From Thermodesulfobacteriota bacterium (GTDB taxonomy: Bacteria > Desulfobacterota_D > UBA1144 > Nemesobacterales > Mycalebacteriaceae), in assembly GCA_965205855.1 (NCBI GenBank), contig OZ242184.1:800001-864000 (forward strand): DNA of 64,000 nucleotides, in the 5' to 3' direction. Under the pieces are notes generated by a model. That model worked only from the letters and a program-made list of their open reading frames with translations, did no database searches and was not told where the DNA came from. This document shows positions 51,071-61,705 of the stretch, in pieces. A program made the position numbers and the translations under genes. The number at the start of each line of letters is the position of its first letter. Within the stretch, counting starts at the first letter, position 1.

Positions 51071-51817
51071 ATGACTGAAACAACCGTTTTTGAACCGGCT
51101 TTCACCCTCGCGTTTCTTGCCGGAATGGCATCCTTCCTCTCGCCTTGCATTTTTCCGCTTGTTCCAGGGTATCTGTCGGCAATGGCCGCCGGAAGAGGAA
51201 CGGCGGATGTCCGTGTAAGAGGCTTTTTTTCGTTGCTTCCCGTCATTGTTTTTGTTCTGGGGTTTTCTTTTGTTTTTTCACTAATGGGAACATCAGCTTC
51301 GTTTCTGGGCTCCTTTATCATGAAAAACAGGGGAGTTCTCTCAACGGTTTCCGGTTCCCTGATAATGGTATTCGGGCTTTTCACAATGGATGTCATAAAG
51401 ATCCCTTTTCTACAAAGGCAGAAACCTTTGAACCTTCAGACAAAGGACAGGGGGGTTGCGTATGTATTTCTTCTGGGTTGCGCTTTTGCTCTCGGTTGGA
51501 CGCCGTGCATAGGCCCCATGCTTGCCTCAATTCTCGCGTATGCGGCTTCGTCCGGACAAACGACAAAAGGAATTTCCCTTTTGCTTGTTTATTCCGCCGG
51601 GCTTGGAATTCCCTTTATTGCCGTTGGAATTTTCTTTGCAAAATGGAGACCGCTATCTTCTGTGGCGCGGAAATTCCATCCGTTCTATAAACACATAGTA
51701 GGGGGAATGATGGTGATTGCGGGCTTTCTCATATCGTTTGACCTTCTGTTTTATCTGAACATCTACGGACAGAGAATATTTGATTTCTTCGGCATTGACT
51801 TCTGGAGGCAAATCTGA
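51071..51817 (+). CDS. ccdA: Cytochrome c biogenesis protein CcdA
   Basis: SFLSPCIFPLVPGY and GWTPCIGP motifs. Confidence 0.92.
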   Translation: MTETTVFEPAFTLAFLAGMASFLSPCIFPLVPGYLSAMAAGRGTADVRVRGFFSLLPVIVFVLGFSFVFSLMGTSASFLGSFIMKNRGVLSTVSGSLIMVFGLFTMDVIKIPFLQRQKPLNLQTKDRGVAYVFLLGCAFALGWTPCIGPMLASILAYAASSGQTTKGISLLLVYSAGLGIPFIAVGIFFAKWRPLSSVARKFHPFYKHIVGGMMVIAGFLISFDLLFYLNIYGQRIFDFFGIDFWRQI

Positions 51818-51828
51818 TTTTTGGCATG

Positions 51829-51857
51829 TTGACTAATTATCCGCGGTTCCATATAGT
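51829..51857 (+). promoter_or_regulatory. Putative sigma70 promoter
   Basis: TTGACT-17 nt-TATAGT upstream of the FmdB-like gene. Confidence 0.5.
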
Positions 51858-51892
51858 TAGTTGATTACTTCCGCTCCGGAGATAGTTGCCAG

Positions 51893-52159
51893 ATGCCTTT
51901 TTATGAATATCAGTGTGTGAAATGCGGAGACAAATTTGAGTTTTTTCATCTCGACAAGGACGATGTGGCAAAATGCGCCAATTGCGGAACAAAAAAAGTT
52001 AAAAAAATTCCATCTTCTTTCGGTTTCGGCTTCAAGGGATTCGGAACCACTTCCACTCCGGCTCCCGAAGCTTTGCCCGCAGACGGCAGTGCAGATGAAA
52101 CCCCTTCCTCCAACGATTGCAGTTGCTCTTCCGAAAGTTGCTCTGTGGGTGAAAGTTAA
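51893..52159 (+). CDS. FmdB-family zinc-ribbon protein
   Basis: [12 protein letters not shown]...CANCG. Confidence 0.88.
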   Translation: MPFYEYQCVKCGDKFEFFHLDKDDVAKCANCGTKKVKKIPSSFGFGFKGFGTTSTPAPEALPADGSADETPSSNDCSCSSESCSVGES

Positions 52160-53448
52160 TGCCGCCAAAAAAAGACTTGAAAAAAGCCGCGCTTGAATAT
52201 CACAAAAAAGGCAGAAAAGGGAAACTCGGAGTCATTGCGATAAAACCGTGCGCGACTCAGTGGGATTTGTCCCTTGCCTATTCGCCCGGGGTGGCGGAAC
52301 CATGCAGAGAGATACATAAAAGTCCGGATACTGCGTATGAATACACAAACAAGGGAAATCTTATCGGCGTTGTTTCAAACGGGACGGCGGTTCTGGGTCT
52401 TGGCAACATTGGCGCTCTTGCCGGCAAGCCGGTTATGGAAGGAAAAGGCATACTCTTCAAAAGGTTTGCCGATATTGATGCATATGACATCAACATAAAC
52501 TGTTCCGATCCGGACGAGCTTATTTCAATAGTCAAAAGTCTTGAGCCAACCTTTGGAGGAATCAACCTTGAAGACATCAAGGCGCCGGAATGTTTTCAGG
52601 TTGAAACTGAATTGAAAGAAAAAATGGACATTCCCGTTTTCCACGACGACCAGCACGGGACAGCCATAATATCGGCCGCGGGTCTTCTTAATGCGTGCGA
52701 AATCGCCGGTAAAAAGTTTGAAGACCTCACAATCGTTTTCAACGGAGCCGGAGCGTCCGCGATAGCTTGCGCCAATCTCTTTATATCAATGGGAGTAAAA
52801 AGAGAAAACATAACAATGTGCGACAGCCGCGGAGTTATTTACAAGGGTCGAGGTGAGGGAATGAACCCTCAGAAAGAGATGTTTGCGATTAAAACAAAAC
52901 ACAGAACGGTTGAGGATGCGATGAAAGGAGCGCAGTGTTTTGTGGGGCTTTCAAGCGGCGGCGCCGTAAGTAAAAAAATGGTAAGAAGCATGGATAGCAA
53001 CCCGATAATTTTTGCCATGGCAAATCCCGACCCTGAAATTTCATATGAAGATGCCGTAAGCGCAAGAAAAGACCATGTTATTATGGCAACGGGAAGGTCC
53101 GACTATCCGAACCAGATAAACAACGTGCTTGGTTTTCCGTTCATCTTCCGCGGTGCTCTTGATGTGCGGGCAAAGTCAATCAACGAAGAGATGAAAATCG
53201 CCGCTGTGCGCGCTCTTGCCGATTTGGCAAAAAAACCGGTTCCCAAAAGTGTAATCAAAGCATATGGCGGAAAGCCGATTGAGTTTTCCCCCGATTACAT
53301 AGTTCCGAAGCCTTTTGACCCGCGCGTGCTTCCGTGGGAGTCCGCTGCGGTTGCGGAAGCCGCAATCAAAAGTGGTGTGGCAAGGACAAAAATCAACATA
53401 TCCGCATACAAGCGGTCACTTGAAAAAAAGATACAAGACCAGCTCTGA
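52159..53448 (+). CDS. NAD(P)-dependent malic enzyme (MaeB-like, no PTA domain)
   Basis: [36 protein letters not shown] motifs. Confidence 0.93.
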   Translation: MPPKKDLKKAALEYHKKGRKGKLGVIAIKPCATQWDLSLAYSPGVAEPCREIHKSPDTAYEYTNKGNLIGVVSNGTAVLGLGNIGALAGKPVMEGKGILFKRFADIDAYDININCSDPDELISIVKSLEPTFGGINLEDIKAPECFQVETELKEKMDIPVFHDDQHGTAIISAAGLLNACEIAGKKFEDLTIVFNGAGASAIACANLFISMGVKRENITMCDSRGVIYKGRGEGMNPQKEMFAIKTKHRTVEDAMKGAQCFVGLSSGGAVSKKMVRSMDSNPIIFAMANPDPEISYEDAVSARKDHVIMATGRSDYPNQINNVLGFPFIFRGALDVRAKSINEEMKIAAVRALADLAKKPVPKSVIKAYGGKPIEFSPDYIVPKPFDPRVLPWESAAVAEAAIKSGVARTKINISAYKRSLEKKIQDQL

Positions 53449-53454
53449 CTCCGT

Positions 53455-54138
53455 GTGATGGCAGAGAATCTTGCGTTATTGAAGGAGAGTCCTTTGCCGC
53501 TCAAAGCCGTCATATTTGACATGGACGGGGTGCTTATAGAAAGCGAGCCCCTGTGGGAAGCGGCGGAAATCACCCTTCTCAAATCAAGAGGCATAGAATA
53601 CGACCCTCTTTTCAGAGAAAAAGTTATCGGGCTCAATCAGATTGACTCATCAAAACTCATCATTCGGGAATTTGGCGTGAAAAACTGTTCGCCCGAAGAG
53701 ATGATAAGACAGCGTATAGAAATTCTTCTTGGGATTTACGATAAAAAACTCACAATGTTTGAAGGCTCTAAAGCGCTTGTTGAAAAGATACGGGAAAGCG
53801 GATTTAAGACCGCCCTGGCGTCCAGCTCACCCATGGAAGTGATAACGTATGTGCTTGAAAGGTTTTCACTTACGAAACTTTTTGACGCGGTGGTTTCAGG
53901 TAGCTGCATTCAAAACGGCAAGCCCGCTCCCGATATCTACTTGCTCGCGGCGGAGCAGCTCGGGGTTCAACCGCCTGAATGCGCCGCGGTTGAAGACTCG
54001 CCCATAGGAGTAAAATCCGCCGTTTCCGCCGGAATGTTCTGCATCGGCGTTCCCGACAAGCGGCTCAAAGCCGAAGAGTTTGAAATCTGTGATGTGATTT
54101 GTGAAAACATCGGGCAAGTGGAAAAAATAATCGCTTAA
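53455..54138 (+). CDS. HAD-superfamily phosphatase
   Basis: FDMDGVLIESE, GKPAPDIY, VEDSPIG motifs. Confidence 0.9.
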   Translation: MMAENLALLKESPLPLKAVIFDMDGVLIESEPLWEAAEITLLKSRGIEYDPLFREKVIGLNQIDSSKLIIREFGVKNCSPEEMIRQRIEILLGIYDKKLTMFEGSKALVEKIRESGFKTALASSSPMEVITYVLERFSLTKLFDAVVSGSCIQNGKPAPDIYLLAAEQLGVQPPECAAVEDSPIGVKSAVSAGMFCIGVPDKRLKAEEFEICDVICENIGQVEKIIA

Positions 54139-54162
54139 ATTTTCTTTAATCGCATGGCGACA

Positions 54163-54905
54163 TAAAGCAGTTGGAATCATGCACATTACCCGGGCTGTAA
54201 TCAGTTGACTTAATGAACCCATCTTCATCCACATTAATGTGCGCCTTGTAACCATAGGTACTTTTGCGCTTTCCATCCGACCCGGCTTTTACATTCCAGC
54301 CGACCTCGGGGTCTTGGGTCGAATGACCTTCCTGGTTCTTGTGGGGACGGCATTGCTTCGCTTCAATCACACTGGCATCAACAATACTGACCCCTCCCGA
54401 TTGGATGTAAAGCCCTTGTTCGCTCAATTGAGTGTTGATCTCACGGAGGCACTCATCCATTAAGGACAAGCTCTCCAGCGTTTGTCTAAACCGCCAAAAC
54501 GTCGCGTGATTCGGCACAGATTCTGAAATGTCCAGACCGGTGAAGCGACGAAACAGCAGATCCCGTGCCAACTGCTTTTCCAGTGCCGGGTCACTGAGTC
54601 CGTACCAGCTTCGCAGCAATAAAGCTTTAAACATCATCAATGGTGGCCAGGCCTTCTCGCCCCGAGGGTTTGAATGAATACCTGAAAGCTGTTGCTCCAG
54701 GCGCGACCAATCGATTAATTCGTGCACGGCATCCAGTTCTTTGAGCGCATCATGCTCGAGCAACAGGCCATCCGCCAAACTGCGTTGCCTGAGGTTTTTC
54801 CAGGCCATTTCTTCTTCTCCAGGGGGTATAGTGGTGGGGTATAGTGCTTGAGCCTATTATCGCAAATTCTCAACGCAGATTCTTCTGGTTTTATGCAAAG
54901 GTCTC
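54163..54905 (-). mobile_element. IS5-family (IS1106-like) element, 3'-truncated copy; transposase fragment 54146-54808
   Basis: Terminal IR GAGACCTTTGCA ending at 54905; near-identical to 62181-62914; LSDPALE, IVDASVI, GYKAH motifs. Confidence 0.92.
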
Positions 54906-55009
54906 TAATAAGTAGAACTGTCCGATCACAGACCTCCAGAAAACGCCGCGATGCCTCATTCTGGGTGGGACGGCTTTCCGTCCACCCTCCGATAGCTGAT
55001 AAGCTCGCT

Positions 55010-55185
55010 GATCAAGTACATCGAACAACATCGCTGTTAACTGTTTCGTTTCCAGGAAATGATGAAACTGCAAAATCACACTCTCATCGGGAAGACGATC
55101 ATCGTCCAAATCCTAATGCGCAAAACGACGCATCGATTCGACCTTTGGCATACTGTCTTCCGTTAGTGGGTCGGACAGGTACTGT
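55010..55185 (-). pseudogene. Remnant of a second, different IS5-family (InsH-like) transposase
   Basis: Translates LSDPLTEDSMPKVESMRRFAH*DLDDDRLPDESVILQFHHFLE, resembling the LSDP..E....ESMRRFA...PDE.TIL.FR signature. Confidence 0.65.
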
Positions 55186-55259
55186 TTTCCATCGGGTTTC
55201 GCGGCACTGTAAGCGAGGCAGGTGGCCTTCGTCACAAGCGTTGGCAACGAGCTACTATC

Positions 55260-58200
55260 TCAATCTTTATTTTCCGCCTTAAAATGCTTCGCCTCGCCAA
55301 TGAGCGCCTCTATTTCCTCTCTTTTGCTTGTCGTAAGCCTTCTCAAGCCAACGCGATTGACGATGTAATCCAGAGGGGAGTGCCGGTTACGGTCAGCGGA
55401 AATAGCATCTAGTGCCAGGCCGAGCTTTTCTGGATAGGGAACCTGTTCCCAAGAGCGTTCTTCACCGCCAAATTCAAGGCCGCGAAACTTGAGTACTTTT
55501 TCAGGTGGCTGATGATGCGGCCAGAAAATGTTTTCCCCCGACGGGCCTTTTTGAATTCGGCGCTTTTTGTGAACTGCTGCCCTGACCGTTTTTTTGATTC
55601 GAGAACCGCTTCTCCGGAACCCATGCAATCGTGCCATCTTCTGGCAAAGATGTTCGTGGGTGATCGGCCCGAACCGGTCAATGATGTCAGTGCCCAAGTC
55701 CATCAGGGTAGAGCGATATTCGTCATCGTAGAAGGAATCCGAATCGAGTCTTCGATTTCCCTGTGTAGAACTCCTGCCATCAAGCCGATCAGCTGCGGGT
55801 AGTGAGCTCCGTGGTTGCTCAATTGAGTTTTCCCTATCTTGCCCGGTTTGCTGAATTTCCCTATCGTGCGGCGAATTATGGGGCCGCGTGCGCGCAGCTT
55901 TGGGTGCCCGCTCCACTTTTTCCACGACAGCTGTTCGGAGATGGTTGCCGATCAGGACGTCAATTTCGTCGCCTTCTTCAGTTCCCAGGAGTGCTTCGCC
56001 CAACGGCGTAAAAGTGCCGACAATGCTGTTCGACGGATCGTTGTTTCGATCGTCCAGTGTCACTTTCAGAAATTCATCAGGGTCGTCCAGGTATCGAACC
56101 TGGACGGTGTCTCCAGGGCCGACGCCTACGCCGAAACCGTATTTTTCTTCTTCGGTGGCTTTTTGGTCATCGTCGGATACCTCGCTGAGCTCATCATCTT
56201 CGATGGGCTGAACAATGGCAGTCGATTGCGTTTCCAGTGAAGTTTCGGTGAATTTATCAGCATTTCTTTTCAGATCTTCCATGCGTTGAGTAATAACGCC
56301 CCGCAGTATCTCGGCTTCGCGAGGAGGGTCATTGAACCAATCCGTCGACCAAATCCGGTGGAAATGCCACCCGAGGCCCTCGAGCACCTCCTGGCGAAGT
56401 CTGTCGCGGTCTCTGGCGGATTTCGAGGAATGATAACTGGCACCGTCGCATTCGACCCCAAGAATGTAACCGTGGGGCCAATTCGGATGTTTGACGCCGA
56501 TATCGATAAAGTAGCCAGCAACGCCGACCTGTGGTACGGCCCCGCATCCCATCGCTTTAATCTGGTCGATTACGAAAACCTCGAACTCCGAGCCAGGCTC
56601 CCCGGGGGCATGTGTCCCGCCTTCGAGTACCCCGGTTTCCGAGTAGTCGAGCCACCGCTTGAGCATGTAGGTTCCTGGGTTGCCGTTTTCATCCGCACGA
56701 ATATCTGCAGCGGTCATTGATGAGAAAGTGATAATCTGCTCTTTGGCGCGTGAAAAGAGCACGTTCAAACGGCGCTTACCTGCAAGTCCGTTGATGGGGC
56801 CAAAACGCTGCATGACCGGCCCGCCAGTGTTTTCGGATCCATAGACGGTTCCAATAAAAATTACGTCCCTTTCGTCGCCCTGAACATTTTCGAGATTCTT
56901 AATAAAGAAACTCTCAAGCCCATCGTTCTTCTCGTTCCAATAATTAACATAGTCTGCAGCCTTCTTCCTTGTCCTTAAAGCATCTTCCATCTCCTCGATC
57001 ATCAGGTCTCGCTGTTTCTGATTCAGCGTGACGATACCGAGAGAGCGATCCGGGCTCCGTTCCATGAAATCCAGCGCCGCATCGACCATCACCCGGGATT
57101 CCGGCCCGTTTATTCCCGATTGGTAAATACCGTCGACAGAGACGCGAGACACGCCCATGTCCTTGCGGCCCTCATGGGCGGAGGGAAAAACGATCAGCTT
57201 ATCGTCATAAACGAGTTTGTTGGAAAACTTGATCAAGTCCGAATGGCGTGATCGATAATGCCAGCGGAGCTGCCTTTTTGGTCTGAACGCAGCGTTTGCC
57301 AGTTCGAGGATCGACTCATCCAGCACGGTCTCGTCCTCGTCCTCCTCGTCGATCATCCTGCGAAAGAAGGTGGTAGGGGGCAGTTGATTGGTGTCCCCAA
57401 CGATCATCGTCTGTTTCGAGCGGATCAGCGCACCGAAGGCATCTTCGGGTGGCATTTGTGACGCTTCGTCGATGATGCAAAGATCGAACTCGACCGTGCC
57501 TCGGGGAAGGTATTGTGCAACGGCCAGCGGCGACATCATCCAACAGGGCTTCAACTCCTGAAGGGCTTTACCTGATCTCTCAGCAAGGGCGCGCATGGGG
57601 ACAAACCTTTTTTTCTTGCTTATTTCGTTTTCGATGAGCGCCCACTCAGTCAATTCAGATTTTTTGCCCACTCGTATGCCTGGCGGCGGATTCGCAGATT
57701 GTTGAATGCGCTGTCTGATCATCTGTCTTGTAGATTGGATGATCTGCTTGTCCGCATTTGCGAGCTTTTCGCGTAGATCATCCAGTTTTGACCCATGAAA
57801 ACGCCCTAAAACGGAATTAAAATCGTGATCGCGATAAACGCGCTTTGCCAGGCTCCTTGCAACCAGGGCATTGGCGATTTTCGGGAGATCAGAAAGCGGG
57901 ATGCAATTTTCCTGACAGATGTTCGCGAGTTTGGGGTGTCCGAATTTCGCAAAAGAATCCAGAGCAACTGCGTATTCGGAGCGCTTGTACATCTCTTCAG
58001 AATTATGGACGGCCTGTTTCAGGAAGTCGGCTATTTGAGCATTCGTCCGACCTGTACGGAAGTGGGCGTCATTCTGGCCTGTCAGGCCGGACAACGCGTT
58101 GAGCCGATTCGCCGCCATGCTTGATAAATTTAGATACTTTTCCAGTTGAGAACGGAAATCTGCAACTTTGTTATCGCGGATCAACTTGACGATGAGTTCT

Positions 58201-61200
58201 CGCCATTCTTCCACCGCTGGCAACACGGTTTTCGCAATGGAAAGTTCCGGTTCCGCGTCATTTGCGACGGTATCATGCCCACTAAACTGATCTTGGAGCA
58301 ATGCTCGCACCGGCTCCTTATCCGTTAATTCCGCATGAATTTCGTGCAACCTGACAACATCACTCCGGAGCACCTGCAATCCGACGATGTCAAGCCGGTC
58401 CGCTGCGGGAATGTCCGACAGAAGTGTAGACAGCTCTTGGATTCCCGACTCGAAAGATTCTTTGCGCCGGGTTAACTCGTCAATTCGTTCCAGCAGGCTC
58501 TCGTAGTCTCCCTCCCATTCGGGAAGGGAAATCTTCGGGATAGACACGAGCAGATCCAGAGCGCCATGCTTCAGAACGTCACGGATCGCCAGCTTTTCTA
58601 CACCGGGGAGCCTTTGCTCAACGACTTCGAAGAATTTCAGAAGGTTCCCGAAGGAAACGAAGTCGGTATCAAGGCCCAGGTTGTGGAGTCCAAGGACACT
58701 GTCCAGGGCAGGCAGCTTGAAAAACCGGTCTTTTTCGTCAAGCCAATCAGACAACGCTTTGAGATCCGATGCCGCAGAGACCCTGTCAAAGCGGGCCGCA
58801 TAGGCAAGTTCCATATATGCTTGCTTGGCAGACCGATAGGACGGCGAGAGAAAACCAAACATCCCGGCCTCAGCGATCTGGCAAGCATGTTGCCGCAGGT
58901 GCTGAGGGTCAGTTTCCGTCTTTAGAGAAACCCGCGTACCCAAGTCGACCGCTGACCTTTTTAATTTCTCGCCGAGTTCGCAGACTTGCCGGATGACGAT
59001 GGCAGCCTCAGGCGACGCGGTTGTTTCGTTCCTAAGTGCAAGAGCGGCACGGTCGGTCTTTTCGATGATGCCAGCCGCACATTGGAGATCACATATCAAG
59101 AAGTCTCGGCACTCAGGAAATGCTTCAAGAAATGGCCTTAGTTTCGTGGAGAGAGCCTGGAGATCTTCGAGCTTGCTATTGTCTGCACCTTGCCTGCTTT
59201 CAAGCTCCTTGAGGCTGAGGGTTTCGAAGTCGTGCGCCTGACAGACACGTTCAATTTCGGTAAGCCGTTCATTCCAGACCGCGTCCATTGGCTCTCGGAC
59301 GCTTCTTCCGATTTCATCAATGCGGTCGCGCAACGCATTGCAATCGGAAATGAACTGCTCGATATGATCGACCGAATCTTGGTCTAACAGCCGATCCACC
59401 AGATCTGCATCCGGGCGAGCTCCGGTAAGCTCCACACCATTAAGGCAGGATTTCAGAAGATCCAGATCCTGTTCGTATTGAGAACTCTCCATTCCCATAT
59501 CGTTCAACGCTTGTTCCAGAACACTCAAGGAATGGAAAGATTTCTCCGCCGCGTTGGCAGTTTCACCAATTTTCTCGACATCAAACTTACTGATATTCTC
59601 GACGCTCAAGCCTCGCCAGTAATCGCCGACGTCCTTCAGTTTTCCCCATGCACGCCCGAGGGATTCTGCGGCGCTGATAATGTTCTCAACCTGAGACGAA
59701 GACATGTCCTCGATTTGGTCGAAGTCGATGTCTCGAATTTCTTTGGGCAAGTTGTCTAGAATCTCGTGGGTGGCGATATTCTTTCCCAATATCTCATGGA
59801 CGGAGAGCTCCGAATTTCCGAACTTCCTACCGATAACGGAAACGTATTCGGCGAGCTCTGCCCGATACTTGTTGAAATTCTCTCGAATACTTTCGAGATC
59901 GTGGTAATTACTCACAGTCTCCATCTCAACCCGGCCCCGAATCGACTGGATCACCTTTTCCTTTGTCGAACGTTCGGCTTGAAGCGGTAGGACGAATTCG
60001 CCAAGGCCCACGGATTCGAGGCGCGATTTTACAATCTCAAGAGCGGCCATCTTTTCGGCCACGAAGAGCACTTTCTTGCCAGAGCCCAACGCACACGCAA
60101 TCGCATTCACGATCGTCTGGGATTTCCCTGTCCCCGGCGGCCCTTCGACTGCGAGGTTCCTTCCTTCGGCCAGGTCGACAAGTGTGCTGAACTGCGAGGA
60201 GTCCGCGTCCATAACAACGTATGGCACTTTTTCTTCGATTTCGGGGGCATCCATTTCATATTCCTCCTCGAACGGGGTCGCGGAGGAAGCTTCTGTACCG
60301 ATAAGCATCGTCTCGATAATGTCGCTCTGTTCAAAAGTCGCACTGGATGTATCAAGATCGTGATACATTGCCATTCGAGAAGACGGGAAAACACCAAAGA
60401 CAACTTGCCGGCGCACGCGGATATTGAGGTTACTGGGCAGCGCATCAGCGACGCGTTTCAAATAGTCCTCGACGGAACCGCCTTCGTAGCCTGGAAGTTC
60501 AATACCGAAATCTTGCTTAAGCTTCTCCGCAAGCACCAGATTCGTCTCGGCCTCATCGCCGCGGCCGTTAACCCGGAACTCCAGACCTTTGCGCGTTTTT
60601 TTCTTTTCCAGTTCGACCGGGAGAAGGACTATCGGAGAGAAGTAAACCCTGTCTTCCTTCGGTTCCTTCCATTCGAGAAAGCCGAAAGCTGCATGCAACA
60701 CATTGATGCCGGATTCCTGAATCCATGTCCGGGATTTCGCCAAAATTCCATTCAGTTTCCGTTCGAACTCGCCGGGAAGAAGGAGAGTCTGGATATCCTC
60801 GTCAGTATGACGCCCGTCTTCATGTTCTTCCTCTGGCAGAGGAAGGTCGTAAGACGGGGAGATGTGATTGTTCTTTGCGTGCTGGGATAGTGACGTATCC
60901 CCCTGCTCTGCTCGGGGCAACATCCCCAGCTGCTCTCTTACGCGATCCTTCAGGTCACGGTCTATTTGCTCTTCGCGGTCGAGCGCCTCCGCCGCATCCG
61001 GATCGAGGTTTTGCAACTGCTCGAGATAGGCTTCGCCGACGGCACGGGCTTGGCTAAGCGCATTTCGGAACTCTCGCGTCTGCTCGTCTTTTGGATCGTC
61101 TTCGAGGGACGGCAGGGGCACAAAGCGCATCGGTTTTTGGAGCGAGAGGTTCGCCATAAGCACGTCCGGCAATTCATCAACGATTCGTGCAAACGGTCCT

Positions 61201-61334
61201 CGCCGACCCAAATTCGCCGATATCAGAGGGTTGCGGCGCGTAAGATCAAGCAGTTTTCGGCGTAGATTCTCTACCTTGTCTTTCAGTATCTGGACAAACC
61301 CCTCTTGATCTGTGCTGTTTTCGACTCGATCCAT
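55260..61334 (-). CDS. Hhe-type defence protein: DUF4011 - SF1 (Upf1-like) helicase - Vsr-like nuclease - GreA/B CTD - DUF3320
   Basis: KLLDLTRRNPLI; GPPGTGKSQT; DEASQ; WHYRSRH; ENVQGDERD; VECDGASYHSSKSARDRDRLRQEVLEGLGW..RIWSTDW; C-terminal GPITH...HGFRRSG. Confidence 0.88.
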   Translation of the reverse strand: MDRVENSTDQEGFVQILKDKVENLRRKLLDLTRRNPLISANLGRRGPFARIVDELPDVLMANLSLQKPMRFVPLPSLEDDPKDEQTREFRNALSQARAVGEAYLEQLQNLDPDAAEALDREEQIDRDLKDRVREQLGMLPRAEQGDTSLSQHAKNNHISPSYDLPLPEEEHEDGRHTDEDIQTLLLPGEFERKLNGILAKSRTWIQESGINVLHAAFGFLEWKEPKEDRVYFSPIVLLPVELEKKKTRKGLEFRVNGRGDEAETNLVLAEKLKQDFGIELPGYEGGSVEDYLKRVADALPSNLNIRVRRQVVFGVFPSSRMAMYHDLDTSSATFEQSDIIETMLIGTEASSATPFEEEYEMDAPEIEEKVPYVVMDADSSQFSTLVDLAEGRNLAVEGPPGTGKSQTIVNAIACALGSGKKVLFVAEKMAALEIVKSRLESVGLGEFVLPLQAERSTKEKVIQSIRGRVEMETVSNYHDLESIRENFNKYRAELAEYVSVIGRKFGNSELSVHEILGKNIATHEILDNLPKEIRDIDFDQIEDMSSSQVENIISAAESLGRAWGKLKDVGDYWRGLSVENISKFDVEKIGETANAAEKSFHSLSVLEQALNDMGMESSQYEQDLDLLKSCLNGVELTGARPDADLVDRLLDQDSVDHIEQFISDCNALRDRIDEIGRSVREPMDAVWNERLTEIERVCQAHDFETLSLKELESRQGADNSKLEDLQALSTKLRPFLEAFPECRDFLICDLQCAAGIIEKTDRAALALRNETTASPEAAIVIRQVCELGEKLKRSAVDLGTRVSLKTETDPQHLRQHACQIAEAGMFGFLSPSYRSAKQAYMELAYAARFDRVSAASDLKALSDWLDEKDRFFKLPALDSVLGLHNLGLDTDFVSFGNLLKFFEVVEQRLPGVEKLAIRDVLKHGALDLLVSIPKISLPEWEGDYESLLERIDELTRRKESFESGIQELSTLLSDIPAADRLDIVGLQVLRSDVVRLHEIHAELTDKEPVRALLQDQFSGHDTVANDAEPELSIAKTVLPAVEEWRELIVKLIRDNKVADFRSQLEKYLNLSSMAANRLNALSGLTGQNDAHFRTGRTNAQIADFLKQAVHNSEEMYKRSEYAVALDSFAKFGHPKLANICQENCIPLSDLPKIANALVARSLAKRVYRDHDFNSVLGRFHGSKLDDLREKLANADKQIIQSTRQMIRQRIQQSANPPPGIRVGKKSELTEWALIENEISKKKRFVPMRALAERSGKALQELKPCWMMSPLAVAQYLPRGTVEFDLCIIDEASQMPPEDAFGALIRSKQTMIVGDTNQLPPTTFFRRMIDEEDEDETVLDESILELANAAFRPKRQLRWHYRSRHSDLIKFSNKLVYDDKLIVFPSAHEGRKDMGVSRVSVDGIYQSGINGPESRVMVDAALDFMERSPDRSLGIVTLNQKQRDLMIEEMEDALRTRKKAADYVNYWNEKNDGLESFFIKNLENVQGDERDVIFIGTVYGSENTGGPVMQRFGPINGLAGKRRLNVLFSRAKEQIITFSSMTAADIRADENGNPGTYMLKRWLDYSETGVLEGGTHAPGEPGSEFEVFVIDQIKAMGCGAVPQVGVAGYFIDIGVKHPNWPHGYILGVECDGASYHSSKSARDRDRLRQEVLEGLGWHFHRIWSTDWFNDPPREAEILRGVITQRMEDLKRNADKFTETSLETQSTAIVQPIEDDELSEVSDDDQKATEEEKYGFGVGVGPGDTVQVRYLDDPDEFLKVTLDDRNNDPSNSIVGTFTPLGEALLGTEEGDEIDVLIGNHLRTAVVEKVERAPKAARTRPHNSPHDREIQQTGQDRENSIEQPRSSLPAADRLDGRSSTQGNRRLDSDSFYDDEYRSTLMDLGTDIIDRFGPITHEHLCQKMARLHGFRRSGSRIKKTVRAAVHKKRRIQKGPSGENIFWPHHQPPEKVLKFRGLEFGGEERSWEQVPYPEKLGLALDAISADRNRHSPLDYIVNRVGLRRLTTSKREEIEALIGEAKHFKAENKD

Positions 61335-61705
61335 TTTTGTCTCTTTACTCAGTTGTTTGACTGTAACATCAGCCTATGGGATTAGTTTGACATAGAGTGA
61401 TTCATCGTCAAAATATCCTATAGCCACTGCCTATTAGCGACGATTATGCGATTTTTTGAGATGCTAGTTAAGGGGAATCTAATGAAATTCATAGCCACGC
61501 TGGCGACTCTGCCCAGAACTGCCGACCTGCTGACTCTATCAAACATCGATCCTTATTTTACAACATGTCATATGACTAACAGAACTTGGACCTCGGCTCA
61601 CACAGATCTAAATTTCTTGTTCCCAAATAACATCAATCTAGATCCTATATAATCAAGCACATCAACACTATATCGCTTGTGGTGGCGACTGGAATACTGA
61701 GATTA

